Origin: Synechococcales cyanobacterium VAR_4_metabat_354
GTDB taxonomy: Bacteria; Cyanobacteriota; Cyanobacteriia; Cyanobacteriales; Chamaesiphonaceae
Assembly: GCA_031414775.1 (NCBI GenBank)
Contig: JANOQI010000046.1
Coordinates: forward strand, 96,001 to 160,000
Length of the DNA stretch: 64,000 nucleotides
Direction: 5' to 3'
The translations under genes were made by a program, and so were the position numbers. Below are positions 61,707-64,000 of this stretch, in pieces (position 1 is the first letter of the stretch; every line of letters starts with the position of its first letter). The notes beneath the pieces were generated by a model. It did no database searches, had not been told where the DNA came from, and saw only the letters and a list, made by a program, of their open reading frames with translations.

Positions 61707-62390
61707 TTACTTTACTAAGCCAGGCAAGAACTTTAGGCCAGCAGAAGAACCGGTGTAAGTATAAGCCGTGTTAGTAGAATTCACAGTGGCGCTACTAGAA
61801 CCTTTACCAGTAGCATTGTGAGTAGCACTGGCTTTACCGCTAACATTGAGTGAAATATTGCTGCTGCTGCCGCTAGCATTTTCTTTAGAAGATTGACTAG
61901 ATAGGGAAGCATTCAAAGATTTTTTGTATTTTTCAACAGTTACATCTTTGGAAGACTGTGTAGAACCAGACTTATATTGATTCTGGTTAGCTGCAAATGC
62001 GATAGCAGCTTCTTGCTGATATGTACCAGCAGCAGTGTATTCATGAGAATTCTGTTCAGCTGTATGCATTGTAGTAGCTGCGTAACCAAAGCTTACCGGG
62101 GTGCTGAAACCATCAGCATTAGCTGTAGTGCCATTTTTGCTGCTAGAAGAATTAGCCTTGGCTGAGGTTTCGCCAGTGGCGACAGCTGCCGAAAGTTCAC
62201 TAATGCCAGTACCACTACCACTAGCATTGCCACCAGGAGTAATGGAGAACTGACCTTGAGTGTCAGAGTGCTTGTTGAATTTGATTGATACAGCAGCAGC
62301 AGTAGAACCAGTGTCAGCTAAGGCAGCGATGGGGCTGAAGATAGCGCCAGCAGCAATAACGATCAAAGCAATTTTAGTAGAGAAAGACAT
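61707..62390 (-). CDS. Secreted Ser/Ala/Thr-rich hypothetical protein
   Basis: Signal peptide ending ALA; low-complexity body with no Cys or Trp; AGGA RBS. Confidence 0.75.
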   Translation of the reverse strand: MSFSTKIALIVIAAGAIFSPIAALADTGSTAAAVSIKFNKHSDTQGQFSITPGGNASGSGTGISELSAAVATGETSAKANSSSSKNGTTANADGFSTPVSFGYAATTMHTAEQNSHEYTAAGTYQQEAAIAFAANQNQYKSGSTQSSKDVTVEKYKKSLNASLSSQSSKENASGSSSNISLNVSGKASATHNATGKGSSSATVNSTNTAYTYTGSSAGLKFLPGLVK

Positions 62391-63019
62391 GATTTTTATG
62401 TTCCTAGTTTTCAGTAAGTAATTGTGTGTTCTAGAGAGAAGTGTTTTAGCTCTAGCTCGTTAATCAAGCAGACTCTTAAAGCAATGGCTTCATCCTAGTT
62501 TTAGATTAGCCATTTCATTAGGTCTGGTTAGTGAGACTAACAGATGTTTCGGTGGAGTTTCTGAATCTGCTCACCGAGTTTTATTTTGCAATTTATTACA
62601 CCAAATTTAAAATATTTAAGGTGTAGCTACTTGCTATAAAGCTCAGTCAGAAGTGATTTATTCTTTCCACATTTCTAATATTACAGGTTGATTTCAGGGC
62701 TGGCAATAGAAAAATATTTCTTAAGTAATAAGACGGACATTTGTCAGCAACAATACTAAAATAGACAGAAAATAAAAAATTGTGAGTTAATACAAATTTC
62801 GTACTAATAAATAAACAACGTTCATAGTCCAATCTCTGAAAGCTTTGTAGATTGGGTAATCAAAAATCCTAAATGCTTGGTTTTCACGAAGCTAACAATG
62901 GCTTTTATCTATCAATTTAGATTGCTTGAATAAATAAATATGTAGATGACCAATTAAATACCCCACCACAAATTGGTAGGGTATGGCAATATATATTTTG
63001 GAATACAGACATTTTTAGA

Positions 63020-64000
63020 CTAAAATTGATGACGAAAAGAAACGTTAAAAGTATTGTCACGGAAAATATTTGCCTTCGTACCTAGTGTCCGACGAAAATC
63101 TATTTCCGCTGCATTCCAGCTCATATAAATCTTAGAATTCGATTCTGGATCGACGACAAAGCTCAGACTAGCACCAAAAGGAGATGTTGATACACTCTGG
63201 TCAAAGGCCGTATAAAAAGCCCCCAGGTTCAGACGATCATTGATTTTCCAGCCAACATTAAACAGTGTTTTACTTTCAACAGCATCTGGTAGCAAATTAC
63301 CAACAAACTGCGTACCGCCCACGGAAACATTACCAAAATTAGCAGTTACACCCACATTGACAAAACTTTGAGCTGATCGTACCGGCAGAGACTGAATGGT
63401 CATTAAGCCATCAGCAACATAGTTAGCATTGACTCCAATTACCAAATTGTCCCGGTTATTATCACCAAGAGAGATCGCCTGAGTAGCATTAGCAAATAGT
63501 TGAGTATAATGTTCAGGATCAGGATTAAGATAACCAACCCCACCCGCGCTAAAACTAAAACCGTAGGGATTAACGATCGAGTAATCAGTCCCGATATAGG
63601 CTTTGATATCTTGGGTGGTTTGGGGTTGCAGACCCACATTGAAAATCGTACCGGCAAAATACCGCCATAAAGTATTTTCAGTCAGACTAGTACCGGTAAA
63701 ACTGATGTGTGGGTAATAGTCTGTGCGTTGACGAATGGTTTCTACATCGTATCGATCGACATCCCGGTTATAAACCGTAACATAACCTTGGGCATAGGCA
63801 TTTTGTAACGCCCCGGAGGTAAAGTTCACACCATTGAGATTGATATCGACGGGAACGTTCCCACCCTCACCGCCACCACTATTCACGATAACCGGTGCGC
63901 GGAGAGTTTTATAGTAATAGTCTCGTTCAAATTTTCGCTCAATGACTGGAGATAGACCGATCCATAAAGCCTGATGACTAGCCCCCGGCGGAATTCTCGG
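63020..64000 (-). CDS. Probable outer-membrane beta-barrel protein (partial; 5' end beyond the window)
   Basis: Frame remains open from 63886 to the window end by manual translation; amphipathic strands; C-terminal FRHQF. Confidence 0.7.
   Translation of the reverse strand, partial: PRIPPGASHQALWIGLSPVIERKFERDYYYKTLRAPVIVNSGGGEGGNVPVDINLNGVNFTSGALQNAYAQGYVTVYNRDVDRYDVETIRQRTDYYPHISFTGTSLTENTLWRYFAGTIFNVGLQPQTTQDIKAYIGTDYSIVNPYGFSFSAGGVGYLNPDPEHYTQLFANATQAISLGDNNRDNLVIGVNANYVADGLMTIQSLPVRSAQSFVNVGVTANFGNVSVGGTQFVGNLLPDAVESKTLFNVGWKINDRLNLGAFYTAFDQSVSTSPFGASLSFVVDPESNSKIYMSWNAAEIDFRRTLGTKANIFRDNTFNVSFRHQF

Overview
Chromosomal segment of a cyanobacterium (pipX, nblA, nblB, heme oxygenase, Cph1-type phytochrome, very frequent CGATCG/GCGATCGC palindromes). 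In order it holds: a small stress-gene cluster with an nblA missed by the ORF track; a Zur-boxed metal-binding lipoprotein; a heme oxygenase-phytochrome-hybrid kinase block; the housekeeping run pyrH-frr-GGR-grx-murE; recD2; a MITE and an IS701 remnant; nadK-pabB-pipX-ygfA-hemL; nblB; egtB; tldD; and tamB. Two loci stand out. (1) An AT-rich block at 40.9-49.1 kb encodes a bacterial GRAS-domain protein (the fold of plant SCARECROW/DELLA regulators, with an intact SAM-binding-type loop) directly downstream of a 1938-aa Ser/Thr kinase-ATPase-GAF-His kinase-receiver protein, bounded by an IS630 remnant. (2) A three-gene operon at 49.8-53.4 kb pairs a glutaminase-less asparagine-synthetase-like ligase with a LysA-fold enzyme lacking the PLP Schiff-base lysine and catalytic cysteine. 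Several signalling proteins carry substitutions at catalytic positions, and two genes carry in-frame small palindromic or repeat insertions. No rRNA, tRNA or CRISPR array was seen. All calls come from motif recognition by eye; no searches were run.
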